Part shown: positions 1 to 17,327 of the stretch, one piece after another
Layout of the letters: each line of letters begins with the position of its first letter
Numbering within the stretch: position 1 is the stretch's first letter
NCBI RefSeq assembly: GCF_009914755.1
Contig: NC_060931.1
Source: the human T2T-CHM13v2.0 reference genome, Homo sapiens
DNA: 64,000 bases
Direction: 5' to 3' (one strand)
Notes under the pieces: generated by a model
Told to the model about the DNA's origin: nothing
What the model saw: only the letters and a program-made list of their open reading frames with translations
Database searches by the model: none
Made by a program: the position numbers and the translations under genes

Positions 1-675
1 AATTTTATGTTAAGTATATTTTACCACAGTAAAACTGTAAATAGTAGGGTAAAGTCCTGGTGTCTTAATAGTATTTAGAGTAAGTGTTATGTTTAAAGAT
101 GTGAAAGAGATGTAGACAATCATAATCAAAGAGTTGGGTACAGGAATTTTAGGTTTCAATGATGAAATAATTTCAGATTGTTACAAAGCCTGGGACTACA
201 TTTCCCATCAAAAAAGGAGGTACTCTAATACCCCTCCAAAGACATATCACCATCATGGGGGGTGGGGATGTGCATATCGGAAGCCAGGGATGGGGGTGTT
301 GTATAATCTTCCCGGGTGATTCTGATATCATCCCCTTCCTCCCCCAATTCCCCCAACTGGAATAGAAAGGAAATACAGTGCTTTAACATGAAAGATGTCA
401 AGGCCAGAGAGTGGAATCATCATCTACATGGGCACTGAGGTTGTCAAGGATTGATAGCAGAACTTGGAAAGGCGAGAAAGACCAATAGCTATATCATTCA
501 TAAGATGGGGAAATAGATTGGAGATTGTATATCTGGAGTCCATGGGTCTTAAAGGTGGCATTTTGACTTAAGGATGGAAGAATCATGATTTGGGTTGACT
601 TGCAGGGAAGAAAGAGGAATAGCAACTCTTTCCCACACCCACTTTTCAGTAATGGGATTAAGAAAATGAACTGTC

Positions 676-960
676 CGCCGGGTGTGGTGGCTCACGTCTC
701 CCAGTGCTTTGGGAGGCCAAGGCAAGAGGATCTCTTGAGGCCAGGAGTTTGATACCAGCCTGGGCTACACAGTGAGACACTATCTATATGAAAAAAAAAT
801 TTTTTTTAAACCCAGCCAGGTGTGGTGGCAAAGAGGCTGAGGAGGGAGGATCACTTGAGCTCAGGAGTTAGAGGTTACAGCAAGCTATGATGGCACCACT
901 GAACTCCAGGCTGGGTGACAGAGTGAGACCTTATTTCAAAAAGAAAGAAAAGAGAGAGAG
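676..960 (+). mobile_element. Alu (AluJ-like, internally deleted)
   Basis: Dimeric Alu with J-type GGATCACTTGAGC; flanking direct repeat gaaaatgaact. Confidence 0.85.
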
Positions 961-1434
961 AGAGGTGGGAAGGGAGGAAAATGAACTCTTTCCACTTCAG
1001 AAGGCCCTCAAGTGAAATGAGACTCTAGAACAATGGCTCTTGCACCCCAGCCTCCTGTTAAAATCATGTGAGAGGGAACTTTTGAAATGCATTGATGCCT
1101 GTTGATGCTGAATCACTTGGGGGAAGGGCCAGGCCTGTTGGCAGCTTTTTAAAGCTCTCTCATAAGTCCAGTATCCAGCCTGGGGTTGACGGCCATTACC
1201 CTTGGGGGAGAGCCTGGTTTTGCTTAAGACAAGCAGGTAGAGAAGATAAGGCAATTTGGTCCAAACAAGACTAAGATACTGAAGGGTATGGGGGAAGGGT
1301 TGTCAGAAAGTACAACCATGGGGCATGAGTTTGAGGGATGGGACAGGGAGCAAACAGTAACACAGAGGGTAGTGGCTGAAAAGGACAGGGGCTGTGGGCA
1401 TACATGGCCTTGAGGGTTCAAATTACACTGTTTT

Positions 1435-1484
1435 CCAAAGTTGTTTCCATCCAAAGTTGTTGTTTCCATCCAAAGTTGTTGTTT
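1435..1484. repeat. Short tandem duplication (19-bp unit ttgtttccatccaaagttg, ~2.3 copies)
   Basis: Exact unit at 1441-1459 and 1460-1478. Confidence 0.85.
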
Positions 1485-2204
1485 GCTGGGCAGATGGACA
1501 GAGTCATAGGCAAGTTCAAGGCAGCCTTTGCACTCCACTCATTGCTTTGACCCAGCAGTTTATAGACAGAGCAAATACATGGAGTTATTAGTGCCAATAA
1601 TTAGTTATTAGTTATTAATTAGTTATTACAAGCACTAATGCTAAGCCTCTGTGTCCTAAGCAATAAAATAGAGATATCTACCTTGCAGAACTCTTGTAAG
1701 GGTTAAATGAAAAAATGGAAAGAATGAATCTATATGAATAAATTTTGTGAACAGGTAAAGCCTTACATAAACATGAGTTGTTACGTTACTGTAACATTAG
1801 GAGAAACTGGCAGTATTACCTCCACAGGAAATTACCCTTTTTTCTTAGGAATATGCCAGTTGGTCAGTTTTTAGAGGCCAGATGGGCATTTGGTGTTATA
1901 ACTAATTTCACTTTGGCTCGTGGCGTGTGCTTCCAGCCTTGTCTTTTCTCTCTAGCAAATGCTTCTTTTCCAAAGAGTGAGCCTCCTTTTTTGTTTCAGC
2001 TCCACCTCATAGTAACATCCTGACTCACAACATGTTGACACTACTTAATAGAGCAATTAGATGGAGCCTTACAACAGTCTGACTCTAGAAGCAGACTTTG
2101 AACTTAAAGGGTTCCCTCTTTGCACGTGGTTTCCAAACCCATTTTCCTTGCTGCAGACTCCAAGAAATTCTGAAAAGACAAGTTAATTGTAATAAAAAGA
2201 AGGT

Positions 2205-3070
2205 ATACTCTAATATGTCACTTAATGAAGGGGATATGTTCTGAGAAATGTCTTTTGGTGTACTTGCATAGACCTAGATGAGACAGCCTATTACACACCT
2301 AGGCTACATGGCATAGCCTATTGCTCCTAGGCTACAAACCTGCACAGCATGTTATTTTATTGAATGCTGTAGGCAATTGTAGCACAATGGTAAGTATTTG
2401 TGCATCTAAATCTATCCAAATATAGAAAAGATATACAAAAAATATAGCATAAAAGACTAAAATTGGTACACCTGCATAGAACACCTATCGCGAATGGAGC
2501 ATGCAGAACTAGAAATTGCTCTGGTTTAGTCAGTGAGTGAATGTGAAGGCCTAGGACATTACTGTATACAACTGTAGACTTTGTAAACACTGTACACTTA
2601 GCCTACACAAAATTTATTTTATTTATTTATTTTTTTTTTTTTTATTTTTTTATTTTTATTTTTTATACTTTAAGTTTTAGGGTACATGTGCACATTGTGC
2701 GGGTTAGTTACATACGTATACGTGTGCCATGCTGGTGCACTGCACCCACTAACTCGTCATCTAGCATTAGGTATATCTCCCAATGCTATCCCTCCCCCCT
2801 CCCCCCACCCCACCACAGGCCCCAGAGTGTGATGTTCCCCTTCCTGTGTCCATGTGATCTCCTTGTTCAATTCCCACCTATGAGTGAGAATATGCGGTGT
2901 TTGGTTTTTTCACAAAATTTATTTTTAAAATAATGTAATTGTACTACAGCATTATGATGGCTACAGTGTCACTAGGTGATAGGAATTTTTCGGCTCCATT
3001 ATAATCTTATGAAACCACTGTTGTATATGCAGTCCATCATTAACCAAAATATCATATGGCGCTTGCCTGT
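2205..3070 (-). mobile_element. Tigger3-family (MER7) DNA transposon, interrupted by an L1
   Basis: Matches recalled Tigger3 internal motifs (cacacctaggcta..., gctcctaggctacaaacctg, gaatgtgaaggcctaggacatt, cattataatcttatg). Confidence 0.8.
2621..2910 (-). mobile_element. Young 5'-truncated L1 3' end (L1PA2-like) with 15-bp TSD
   Basis: Near-identical to the L1HS/L1PA2 3'UTR; GAG diagnostic (ctaactcgtc); poly(T) tail; TSD cacaaaatttatttt at 2606-2620 and 2911-2925. Confidence 0.9.
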
Positions 3071-4750
3071 ATATGAAATGATGCTTATTTTCCTCACCCT
3101 ACACTTAGGTTAATATTAATGTGAAAATGATGCCTGTATTATAACTATCAAAAAATATTTTTATGAAAAAAATTCTGTATGTAGCTATGCTGCTGGTTAT
3201 TTGGACACAATACTATCGAAACATCCTAAAAATTTGAGTCTCAAAGTAGTCACTATAGTTATGATATTCTTTAATGTAGGTGTCTTCATTTATATTAAGA
3301 TGGGTTTTATTTCTTCATTTATATTGAACTGGGTTTTATTTCCCCTACTGAGCAGGAAAAAAGGGGGAGATTGGTATTCTGTTTGATCCCTGGCTCTCTA
3401 CTCTGCACAGAGTAGGTACTCAAACTATGGATTTTGGATATGAGATCTGCAGGTGCCCCTTCTGTTAGTCCTTTTAGCTTCAGAAATCAAAGTTACAGCC
3501 CCCAATTGTTTCAGCTGTTTGTATTAAGTAGAAGGTAACAAACTAAAGCACATACCTCTTGCAGATAGAAGATTGCTTATTCTAAAAGATCAAATTGCCT
3601 ATGTCTCTAAGGGAACTATGTATCAAGTCAGATATCAAGACTTGTTCAATATCACTCGGAGATAGGGTTTGATTCATTTTTAAGATAACATTGTAGTCAG
3701 AGGCAGTAAGAATATTGTGCTACTTTTCCTATATTCGTATCAAATTGCATCCCAGCCTTAATGTGGGAATCCTTTCAGCATTTTGTTTTGAAGCTCTGTG
3801 ACAAACCAATGAACCAAACTGTTAATGCTGATACAGCCTCCCCTACCTACTACAGGTAGGGTTCTTACTACAGTCTCTTATGGAGGCATGCTTCCATGTT
3901 AACCACCCCACCAAGCTAGGGGGCTAGCTAGGTTTTCATCCTGCACATTTTGGTGTCTCTAGACAGTGTTTCATGTACGTAGAAAATGCTCAATAAATGT
4001 TTGGTGATTGATGACTGGCGGAGTGAACATATACATTCTTTAATACAATTTTTGCCACAACGTTATTTATTGTTGTCAATTTTTATAAAGAAGTATCCTT
4101 ATTCTTTAAAATGGATTGCTCTCTCCACCCCACTTGCCCCTCCCTCCTCGATTGCCCCTCCCCAACCCCTTACTTTGCAACGCAATCAAGGCATAGATAA
4201 TTTCCTCTCAGCCTAGAAGTGACATCCTAAGTTCCTTTGCACAACTGAGGAGTTGATGGAGTTCCAGTGAACTGAATACTTTCCATTAATCCATCCCAGA
4301 GAGATAGGTCATCTCTTTGTAGCACTGGTCTGTAGAAAAAAAATGAAGTGCCTGAGCAAGATACTGAATTTTAGCATTGCTTATGTGGGGGTGGGGGGCA
4401 TGGATTGCTCCATGGGCAAATATATTTCTGGTGTCCTGCCATTCTTCCTGGGGTGTAAATTCACTCTTACCTAAGTGTGGGGCAAAGTCTCTCTCAGTTG
4501 AAGCCCAGTAGATGCAGTTGATAAAACCGATGTTGAATCCCACAGTTCACAGAATTCTGAGATGTAAATACTGGATTTATCAAGTCAAATTGCATCTAAT
4601 GATGAGTTGTGTTTGGCTTCTGAGAATCCACAGAAAATTATCATGTGTTTACCTAGGGTTACTTTCTCATGACTTTGTTCTCTTCTTTTCTTGTCTGTCT
4701 TCTCTCTCTGCCACATGACCAATTTGTTGCATTCAACTCTGATTTTAAAG

Positions 4751-4986
4751 GTTTCCATTCCACTAACCGAAGGCCTGGACTTGATATCCATGTTGACGGA
4801 TGATGCTACAATTGCCGCCTGGAATAACGAAGGACTGCCCAGTGACAGAATGTCCACCGAAAATGCCGCTATCCTAACACACTGTGAGCGCTGGCCTCTG
4901 GTGATAGATCCCCAGCAACAGGGAATTAAGTGGATCAAGAATAAGTATGGAATGGACCTGAAAGTCACACATTTGGGCCAGAAAGG
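4751..4986 (+). CDS. DNAH11: DNAH11 coding exon (~exon 64), start of AAA5: [18 protein letters not shown]...THLGQK(G)
   Basis: ttttaaag|GTTTCC acceptor, AAAGG|gtatgt donor; 236 nt, phase 0 to 2; [12 protein letters not shown] motif; overlaps ORF 4691..5059. Confidence 0.95.
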
Positions 4987-5682
4987 GTATGTGAAGTTTG
5001 AAGAGACTGGCTTTCTGTTTACCTGCTGTGAAGTGGGTCTGATTTTTATAAAGGCGTGATGTTTCTTAGACCTCTCCACCACATTGATGTATTACAATTT
5101 GGTGCTATTTGTTTATCTGCCTGTTCATGTTTCATATAAAGTATCTCTGTTGAAAAGGCATTCTTGTTGGATGGCACCCAATTATCTGAAGAAGAGATAA
5201 GATTGAAGGTTAGAACAAACATTGGGTCTGTGGGGGAAAATATGTAAATTTTCTAAAGCCAAGAATGGATATATATTATATTCCTTCTCTGGAGTGTTTG
5301 GATAGTAACACAAGAATTGTCAAGGGTGCCTCCGGGCTTCATGATGTTTACGGTCATATTTCTAAATCTATACTCCGCCTATAGAAGGATCTTAACATGG
5401 CTACAAGTCCCAACATTGGGTGCCTGAAGTTAATTTATTATCTTAGTCAAGATTTACATGTCACTTTTGAGACCTGAATCTACTCCAAGAATTTCTGTTA
5501 CTGAGTCATCATGATAATACTGTCTGATAGATAGAAAGCTGTCTTGTATGCAGTTGCTATTCAGTTAATGTTGAATAAATTATTTTAGAACTATGGATAT
5601 TTCACTTGACCCTTCCATCCTCTTTTTATATGTAGAGTGAAATAAGAAATTTCTGTAGTTATACAAGTAAATGTAGTTCTTA

Positions 5683-6094
<412 letters not shown>

Positions 6095-6498
6095 CTAAAT
6101 GTAAAGGTTTAAAAAAATAAAAGTTGATCAAGTTTAAAGCATTTAATACATGAAACTTTACTTAAAAAAGAGCCATCAAATGAATTTAAATGTATGATAG
6201 TTGGATAACTTACACTTATTTCAACTACAGTTGCTATTACAAGCAACTAATCTATACATAGATTTATTAGTTCAAACTATTAAATTTCACTTCGAAAATA
6301 TGACTAAAATGTATCTTAAAATCTCATCTTTAATTTCTGTGTAATCTAGTGGAAGGGAACTACTACTTTATAAAATAGTTTTCTCTAAGTTTGTCCCATT
6401 TAGAATATCTACATTAAATATAATTTGATCATTTAAAAAATTTTGAACATTTTGTGCCAATTTACATTTTATTATCTCAAATCCCACTGAATTTTAAG

Positions 6499-6621
6499 GT
6501 TTTTGAATGCCATTGAAACTGCTTTGGCCTTTGGTGATGTCATCTTAATTGAAAATCTCGAGGAAACGATAGATCCAGTCCTGGATCCACTACTTGGCAG
6601 GAACACAATTAAAAAAGGAAA
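6499..6621 (+). CDS. DNAH11: DNAH11 coding exon (~exon 65): [40 protein letters not shown](K)
   Basis: ttttaag|G acceptor, GGAAA|gtaagt donor; 123 nt, phase 2 to 2; AAA5 Walker-B-like VILIEN motif; translated by hand (not in ORF track). Confidence 0.95.
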
Positions 6622-8452
6622 GTAAGTATTCTTGAATTTTTAACATATATATCTTGCTAAATGATTTTCAGCAGCAGCATCTCTTAGCTTCATAGTCAAG
6701 CAGTCTATTGAAATCTTAGTGATATTTCTGAGTTTCCATTTCATGCACCTACACTCCAAGACCAAAGCAACTGCAACATTATCCAGACTTTCAGACTATT
6801 TATTTGATGGATTTAGATTTGTTTTATCCAATTCCTGATTTATGGGCCAAAAAATGTATTGTTATAAATCTGAGAATCGTTTCCTCTTTTTAAATTTATA
6901 CCAATGTTTCTCTAACTTCAGTAATTTGCAGAACACCTTGAATAGGGCTGCCTATCTACATATCACTTGTACCCTGTTTAATGTTTTTCTTTAATTAGAT
7001 TTTAAATCCATTCACTATTTTTTAAAATCAGCATGGGTTTACTGTGCTAGCTCTGTTTTTTCTAATATACTTAAAATGTAACCATTCGGAAAAGGAGAGT
7101 TCATTAGTGGGTCCCTGAAATCATCCCTTATGCCAACAGTAATGGATTGTCAACAACAGAGAAATACTTCCCCCTACCCCTCCAGGAGCTATATGTGACT
7201 TTCTAAGAGACTGCCATTCCCCCAAGACAATATACTTTCCAGAACATTCTCTCAGGGGCATTGAAGCCATTTCTGAGGAGTCATCATGTCACTTTCCTAT
7301 GAATGTGTGAAAGGTCAGGTGCAGCAATTGTGTCTTCAATCAAGTCTGGGTGGGCATAGGGGAAACTGGCACTCAAGAGACTCCTTATGCCTCTTCACAC
7401 AACCGACATTCACTAGACTTAATTCACTGAGTTTCCTTCCCTCTCTTCTTTTTTTCTTCAAAGATATATAATTTCAGAACTTCCCCCACCCTGTTCTTTC
7501 TTAACGCCCACGCTCTGCCTCTAAGGTATCTGTCCCCTTTTTCATCACTAGATTATTCTTGTCAATTTTAAGTGGAAATAGGCCTACATCAGGGTGACTA
7601 ACTTCTTGGTCTCTAACTGATTAGTATGGTATTTATCATACAATCACTAAGTAAATCCATTTAGAGTGACTGACAACTTATAATTGTTTAATAAACCAAA
7701 ATTTACCCAGGCACACATTTAGAACAATCTAACAAGCCACTTGACAAACTGCAACTCTTAACATAAATATAATTGTAGCTGTGTCTGATGTGTTAAAAAT
7801 ATAGTGTAAAATCTTGAATGTCACTGAAGTGAAATCCTTGTTATTAAGGTTCTGACTCTATTATGAAGACTTAAAATTTTTATCAGTGAAATGCATGTTC
7901 TCTGAGCTTCAATTTCAACTTTCAATAGCACAATTTAGGTGTAAGCAATTTGATGACTCTTATTACATATATAGTTGGATAATCAGAAATTTCCAAAGGC
8001 TGATAAATTTGAGTCATGATTCTCAGTATGGACGTAGTTAACTATCAGTGAGGATTCTAGAGGTCTTCAATTTTAGAAACAGATTTTACATAGAGCTTCA
8101 AGTCTTTATCACAAAATATCAGGCCAGAACAGTTTAATTCAAATTAATAATATTTACTGAATATGTACTCTCTGTTAAGCCTTGATGAATTGATCATATC
8201 ATTCTTGCATTTCTTTTAAGGCCAAGAAGATTAAAGATAATCTGTTAAGAATGTAACAAATGGTGCTGATTGCATGCAGTTGTTACCTTAATCCTGGCTC
8301 CTAAACCCTTATGTGTGGGAACAACCACTTGTTTGAGGGTGAATCTCAACTCTCTATCATCAGCTGTTCCTCCTTCCCTCTTCCATGCAGATGTTTTTAG
8401 ACTATCTTCACCCAGAGACTATGAGTGCCAGTGGAGTCCTTATATATCCTGT

Positions 8453-9710
8453 CAGTCATTGAGTAAACCTTCTCTGAGCACTGCTATATGCCAGGTACTA
8501 TACTGGGGGCTGCAGATTTAGTGTGATAAGACACAGACCCTGCACTTGAGGAAGCTACACTTCCATAAGTAAAGATAGACCTATAAACAATCAGTGAATG
8601 TAAAGCAGAACCGTTGGTGTGGTGATAGACGTATACATGGCAAGGAGTTGTCAGTTCCATAGTGGAGACTTGGAAAGACTTCTTGGAAAAAATTACCTTT
8701 GATTACATTTTGTTTAATGCAAGACTCAAAAGTTAAGTAGGTATTTGTGAGGTAGACAAGTGGGAAAAGAGAATCCTGGACAGACAGCCCTAATTTCAAA
8801 TAGTAAAACACACAAAACAATCCAACAGCTTTGGGGAACTGCAAATAGAATCCAAATGGGTGGAGAGTCTGTGTTGGGGAGGAAGAGAGAAGGATGTGGA
8901 CTGGGACAGATGAGACTGGAGAGGAGAGCAGGACCCAGAGCACAGACTTCCTTGGTTGATCCCTAGGTTGGCCTTTTGCTATGTGTTGATAATTTCCAAC
9001 CCCTCCTAAATACACTCAAGGGGCCTGTTTTTATCAGTTACACTAGTTGGTAGTACCAATTGTTTTTAACTAAGGGACCATGCTTTCCTGGAGTCTCCAT
9101 ATTTTCACTTGAGAATCATGATCATAAGTCAGTGGGGAAGCTAGTAAGAACTCTTGGGCACACTGGAAGCAATGTGATCAGATGAATGTTTCTGAAAGTA
9201 TTGACTGAAGGGGCGTGGACCTAGAGTCACAGTCTAGTTAGTAAATAATTGCAGTAATCCATTTGAGACATGGTATGAGCCTAAACTTAGGCAGTGACAG
9301 TGGAAAGAGTGGAGGGGACAAATCAGTGTGATATCAAGGAGTTAATACCACCAGTTTATGGTAATTAATTGGATATTATGGTGGGGAAAAAGGAAGATTT
9401 AAGGATGTTTTCTTCTGCCTTCTGTCAGGTAAATGATACTGTGCTTTATGGAGAGATGTATATAGGAATGAGAGTAAGTGTAGGGAAAGAACTAATAATT
9501 TCTCTTACTAGACATGCAAAGGTTGAGGTACTTCTTTAACACTCATTTCTAAAACAGAAGTCTAAAAAGCAGTTGGATATCTGAGTATGGAGCTTAGTAA
9601 AAGGATGTTGGTTGACCACGTAGATTGGGGAATATCTATCTGGCGAAGCAGTTATGCTATCATGGTGGATGTGATTATCTAGGGAGACTCTATACAGCCA
9701 GAAAAACAGA
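8453..9710 (-). mobile_element. Degraded L2 fragments
   Basis: L2 3'-end signature (tgagcactgctatatgccagg...agacacagaccctgc) followed by purine-rich L2-like sequence; boundaries approximate. Confidence 0.6.
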
Positions 9711-9839
9711 GGGTACCCTGTCTTGCCTCTGCTCTTTTCCCATGAGAAAAATGGGGACCCAGAGACGTTAATTAATGTCCTCTTGCATACCTTATAGCTA
9801 TATGAAGTTTATGTGAAAACCTAGTTTCTTAAACAGGTT

Positions 9840-11475
9840 TTTCTCTTTTTTATGTTTTTTAATTGCTACGTCATTGTTGTACATATTTTGGGGGTACATG
9901 AGATATTTTGATACATGTATACGATGTGTGATGATCAAGTCAGGATGACTGGGATATCTACCACGTCAAACACTTTTCTTTGTGTTGAAAACATTACAGT
10001 TCTTCTCTTCTAGCTATATTAAAATATATAATAAATTATTGGTAACTATAACTTTCCTACTATTCTATTGAATACTAGAATTATTCCTTCTAACTGTATT
10101 TTTGTACCCACTCACCAGCTTTTCCTTATCTTCCACCTCCCCCGCCAGCTTCTCTTCCTGGCCTGTTGTAACCACCATTCTCCTCTTTGCCTCCATGAGA
10201 CCCGATTTTTTAGCTCCTGCATATGAGTAAGAAAATGCCATATTTTTCTTTCTGTGCCTGACTTATTTCATTTAACATAATACCCTCCAGTTCCATCCAT
10301 GTTGCTGCAAATGACAGCTTCATTCCTTTTTATGGATGAATAGTATTTCACTGTGTATATATACCGCAATTTCTTTACCCATTTGTATTCATCTGTTTTG
10401 CATTGCTATAAAGGAATACCTGAGACTGGGTAATTTATTTATTTATTTTTTTTAAAAAGAGTTTGATTTAACTCATGGTTCTGTAGGCTGTAAAAGAAGC
10501 ACAGTGCCAGCATCTGCTTCTGGTGAAGCCTCAGGAGGCTCACAATCATGGTGGAAGGTAAACGGGGAGCAGACATGTCACACAGCAAGAAAGGGAGCAA
10601 TAGAGAATGGGCAGGAGGAGCCAGGCTCTTTTAAACAACCATATTTCAAGGTAACTCATTCCCACAGGGAGGGAGGACACCAAGCCATTCATGAGAGATC
10701 TGCCCCCATGACCCAAACATTTCCCACCAGGCCCACCTCCAACATTGATGGTCACATTTCAACATGAGATTTGGAGAGGACAAATATCCAAACTGTATCA
10801 CAATTCACCCATTGTTGGACACTCAAAAGGGTTTCTTATCTAGGTTATTGTGAATATTGCTGCAGTGAACATGGGAATGCAGATACTTTTGCAATATACT
10901 GATTTCATTTATTTTGGATATATGCCCAGCAGCCATATTGCTGGATCATGTGGCATGACCATGAGGAATCTCTATACTGTTTTCCATAGTGGCTGTACTA
11001 ATTTACATTCCCACCAACAATGTACAGGTGTTCCCCTTTCTCACATTTGTTATTTCTTGTCTTTTTGATAATAGCCATTCTAACTGGAATGAGACGGTAC
11101 CTCATTGTGGTTTTGATTAACATTTCTCTGATGATTAATAATGTTGGGCACATTTCATATACCCGTTGGCCATTTGTATGTCTTCTTTTGAGAAAGATCT
11201 ACTCAGGTATTTTACCCATTTTTAAATCAGATTATTTGCTTTTTTTTTTTTTTTTTTTTTGCTATCGGGTTGAGTTCCTTATATATTCTAGTTATTAATC
11301 CTTGATCAGAAGGATAGTTTGCAAATATCTTCTCCCATTCTGTAGGTTGTCTCTTCACTCCATTGATTGTTTCCTTTGCTGTACAGAAGTTGTTTAGCTT
11401 GATGTAATCCCATTTGTATATTGTTGCTTTTGTTGCTGTTCTTTTTGAGGTCTTATCCCCAAAATCTTTTCACAA
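9840..11475 (-). mobile_element. L1MA-family 3' end and ORF2 C-terminus, interrupted by an MST LTR
   Basis: L1MA-type 3'UTR (gggggtacatg..., ctagctat..aaaatata) continuing into ORF2-like antisense sequence. Confidence 0.85.
10384..10800 (-). mobile_element. MaLR solo LTR (MST family)
   Basis: tgtatt...gcattgctataaaggaatacctgagactgggtaattt...aactgtatca; 5-bp TSD ccatt/caatt. Confidence 0.85.
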
Positions 11476-11989
11476 GCTTTTTCAAATAAACAGGCACTAC
11501 TATCTTTTGATAGGGTTTTTATGAGTGCCATTTTACCAGTCTAACTCTTCCCCCCTCGGTTTTTTCCTAAGCCTCATTTGTTTCCCCATCAATGTTTTGG
11601 AAACTATGTTTTTCATACCTGCAGTTTCCTATAACATAGCCCAGCCCTTTCATTTCTTCTTGACACAGATAATCCCCCCTCCTGTGATATGTTATTTTAC
11701 TTAACTTTTCTTTTCACAGCCTAAATTCACTATATTTAGGATTTAACTGCTATTTAGCCAATAGCAGTTAAGTGTTAACTGGAAATTTTAATTTGCCTTA
11801 TTTAATGTCTCCTTTACATAGTATATTTTCCCTGTGTCATTTTGCCATTTTTTTCTCCCCCTTACAATATGCTTAATTTTTTTCACTCATACATAACTTT
11901 GATTATAATAAGTTCTTTATGCATAAGAATCATATACTATATGTCTTTAAAAAGATGGTTAACCAAAACAAAAACAGAGCAATACAAAC

Positions 11990-13890
<1,901 letters not shown>

Positions 13891-13975
13891 CCTTTTTTTT
13901 TTTCCCACTTTTATTTTTGAATGAACAAATTGAGGGCACTCTAAGCTTTCAAAATAGTTGTGTTACAAATGCTTA

Positions 13976-14445
<470 letters not shown>

Positions 14446-16214
14446 CATTTTCTTAAAAAGCATTTTGAATAAATTTTGATATTTTTGTTACTGCATTATT
14501 TTTGCCTGATAAGAAGTATCTTTAAAACAAAATAAAGACTTTCTTATTTCCTCATCTAACTCTTTAAAAGAAAGGAGAGAAACTAAAAAGTATTCATACA
14601 TATGCAAAGTAGGAGATATGGTAAAATAAAAATTAGATTGGTATGAATAGGAATTATGTTTCTTTTTTCAATGCAGTAAAAGTTGGGAGAAAATATAAAA
14701 GAAAATTAAGGGGAAAATGTTGCTATGTATTCATTTAATAATAGAGCTACTGATTTGCAGTGTTATAACAAGAACAGAAAATTTTTGAAAATTAATCTAC
14801 ATGTTTGTAAATTTTATAATGGATCTTCCTGTTTACCTCCAACAATGAACATTTTACTTGATTTCTCTATCCTCTTTTTTTTTTTCCTATGTGACTATCT
14901 CTGTGTAACCTGTGGGTTTACAAACATTTTCCTTGGTATTGTAAAGACAAGAGATAGCATTGAAAAGAGAAAGCCAGGAAAACAACCTACAGGGACTGTT
15001 GAGCTGCCACATTCACCCGGAATGTCTTTATCATGTCCTCAAACTCAGGTGGGATAACACCATCCTCCTTTGAGAAACTCACATCCCTCAGAAAGTTTTT
15101 GGCTATCAATAGTGTTTTTGTTTATTCTAGTTCTATTTGTTTGGGGGAGTTGTTGTTGTTGTTGTTGTTTAACCAGTATTAGTTTATTCCTAATAATGAA
15201 TGTCTGAGAAATGTTTGTGATAGATAAAGCATAGTCCAAAAGTTGAAGTTCATTAATAATTGGAATGTTGTGGAGTGTGAAGTAATGAATACTAATTACT
15301 CCTTTCATGTCTGACAGCTCCCTGTGGACCAATACATCAGCCCAGACTTTAATTTGGTTCGAGTAATGGTTTCATCAATAGCACATTAAATCTGTGTTTG
15401 AGAAGATATACAGGTGAACCTGGCCCACACAGTAGATACCACTGTCATAAAATGGCCACAGGCCGACAACAGCTGGGTAATTACAAATAATTAAATCCAC
15501 CAAGCTCCAGACAATCCTAATTTTAAATAAAACATATTTTATATCAATCGACAGCAAATGTATCTGGAAAGATTTATCAACATGTAATTTTTCCAAAGCA
15601 AATTTACTGGCTTACATATTAGAGAAGTTGCTGATCTGGGAAGCATCTTCATAAAATTCTCTTTAATCTTTCAAATACCCCTAAATATTTTTGAATTTTT
15701 TAAAATATTATTTAAATATTATTATAATTTTTGAAAGACTGGAGTAACTTTACTGCAATATGTATTTCCGGTTGTTTTGGAGTATATACATATATTATTA
15801 AAAGATATTTTATACTTCATTCTGTATTTTTCATACAATTATTATTTTAATAATAGTCTTAAAGTAGCATGCTCTAGAAAGGAACTTAAAATTGGCTAAT
15901 AGAAATATTAACTATATGATTTAAAAAATTTATTTTTACAGAAATAGAGGGAGATGGCATTTTATATTTATTTATTTTATAATGACTAGATTTCCTGAAA
16001 GTTATGCTAAGATTAAGAAGAATTGCTTTCAGTTAGCAGCTTTCCAGTTTATTAACTATTATTATGTTTCTGTTCTTGGAGTTGACGCCATGCAATTATA
16101 GTTGACTGTAGATCTATTCAAATGAGGACTTAGGTGAGATTTAAGATAGAAACATGTTAAATTGAACGCTACACTGTAGTAGAATGTACTTTCTTGAGCT
16201 GGAAGCTTACGGAT

Positions 16215-16549
<335 letters not shown>

Positions 16550-17314
16550 TAGAGTTATGTAGTTCTCTCATTATTTCCTTTGCTGGTAAGAATAGATTTA
16601 TTTTCAAGTTCATTCATGCTCTCCTATAATAGACTTCAGCATTCCAGTCTGTTCTAATTTCCAAATTCAAAATAAAATTTAATTGCCACAAATCTGCAAC
16701 AGCTTTTCTATTCCTAAATTTAGTAAAGTTTTTTTTCCCTTAATAGTGTAATCTTTAGCATTTGCAGATAAAGCATTCTCACATTCAGTCATCTTGGTAA
16801 TAGTTGTTTGACTTTATCTGAAAATAAATACCAAACAGGGCTTCAGATAAAGAATCCTCAGATTCTTTTATTTTCTTTTTAAAAAGCAGTCTTCCAATAA
16901 AATAACAAACAAATGAAATTGTCTTTGTTTTTGATGCTACATTATGATGTTTAAATATGGATATGTTGAAGCGTGTGTAGGTGTGTATCAAAAGAGAAAT
17001 AATCTACTTATGACTTTTTTTTTTCATTTTTCTGGGTTTTTTTTTTTTTTTTGCTGTACAATGTTACCTGGACTCCTGAAACACCAATGTTGTTGTTGTT
17101 GTTGTTGTTGTTTAATTCTGGTTGAAGTTTGCTTTTATCTTAGAAGGGCGTGTTGGTTATATTAACTGTATGAAGCAGCAAGACAATTAACTCATTTCTA
17201 TTCAGGGTTTTCTTTCCTTCTTTTCCTTGAGCGTCTTGCCAGCTGTGCAGCTTTCAACCAAAACCTTTCTTCGGGAAATGGGTTTGACCAACTTGCACAG
17301 CCCTTCCCGCTGAG

Positions 17315-17327
17315 GTTGCTAAGTAAC
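17315..17327. promoter_or_regulatory. Candidate RFX X-box (GTTGCTAAGTAAC)
   Basis: Matches the X-box consensus GTNRCY-N(0-3)-RGYAAC in non-repetitive intronic DNA of a motile-cilia gene; function inferred only. Confidence 0.45.

Noticed and set aside
2740-2765. Active L1HS-Ta insertion
   Set aside because: It has the GAG diagnostic and ttatactttaag, not the Ta ACA/G alleles.
4585-5082. 165-aa antisense ORF, the longest in the track
   Set aside because: It is the shadow of the DNAH11 exon on the opposite strand, with no recognisable motif.
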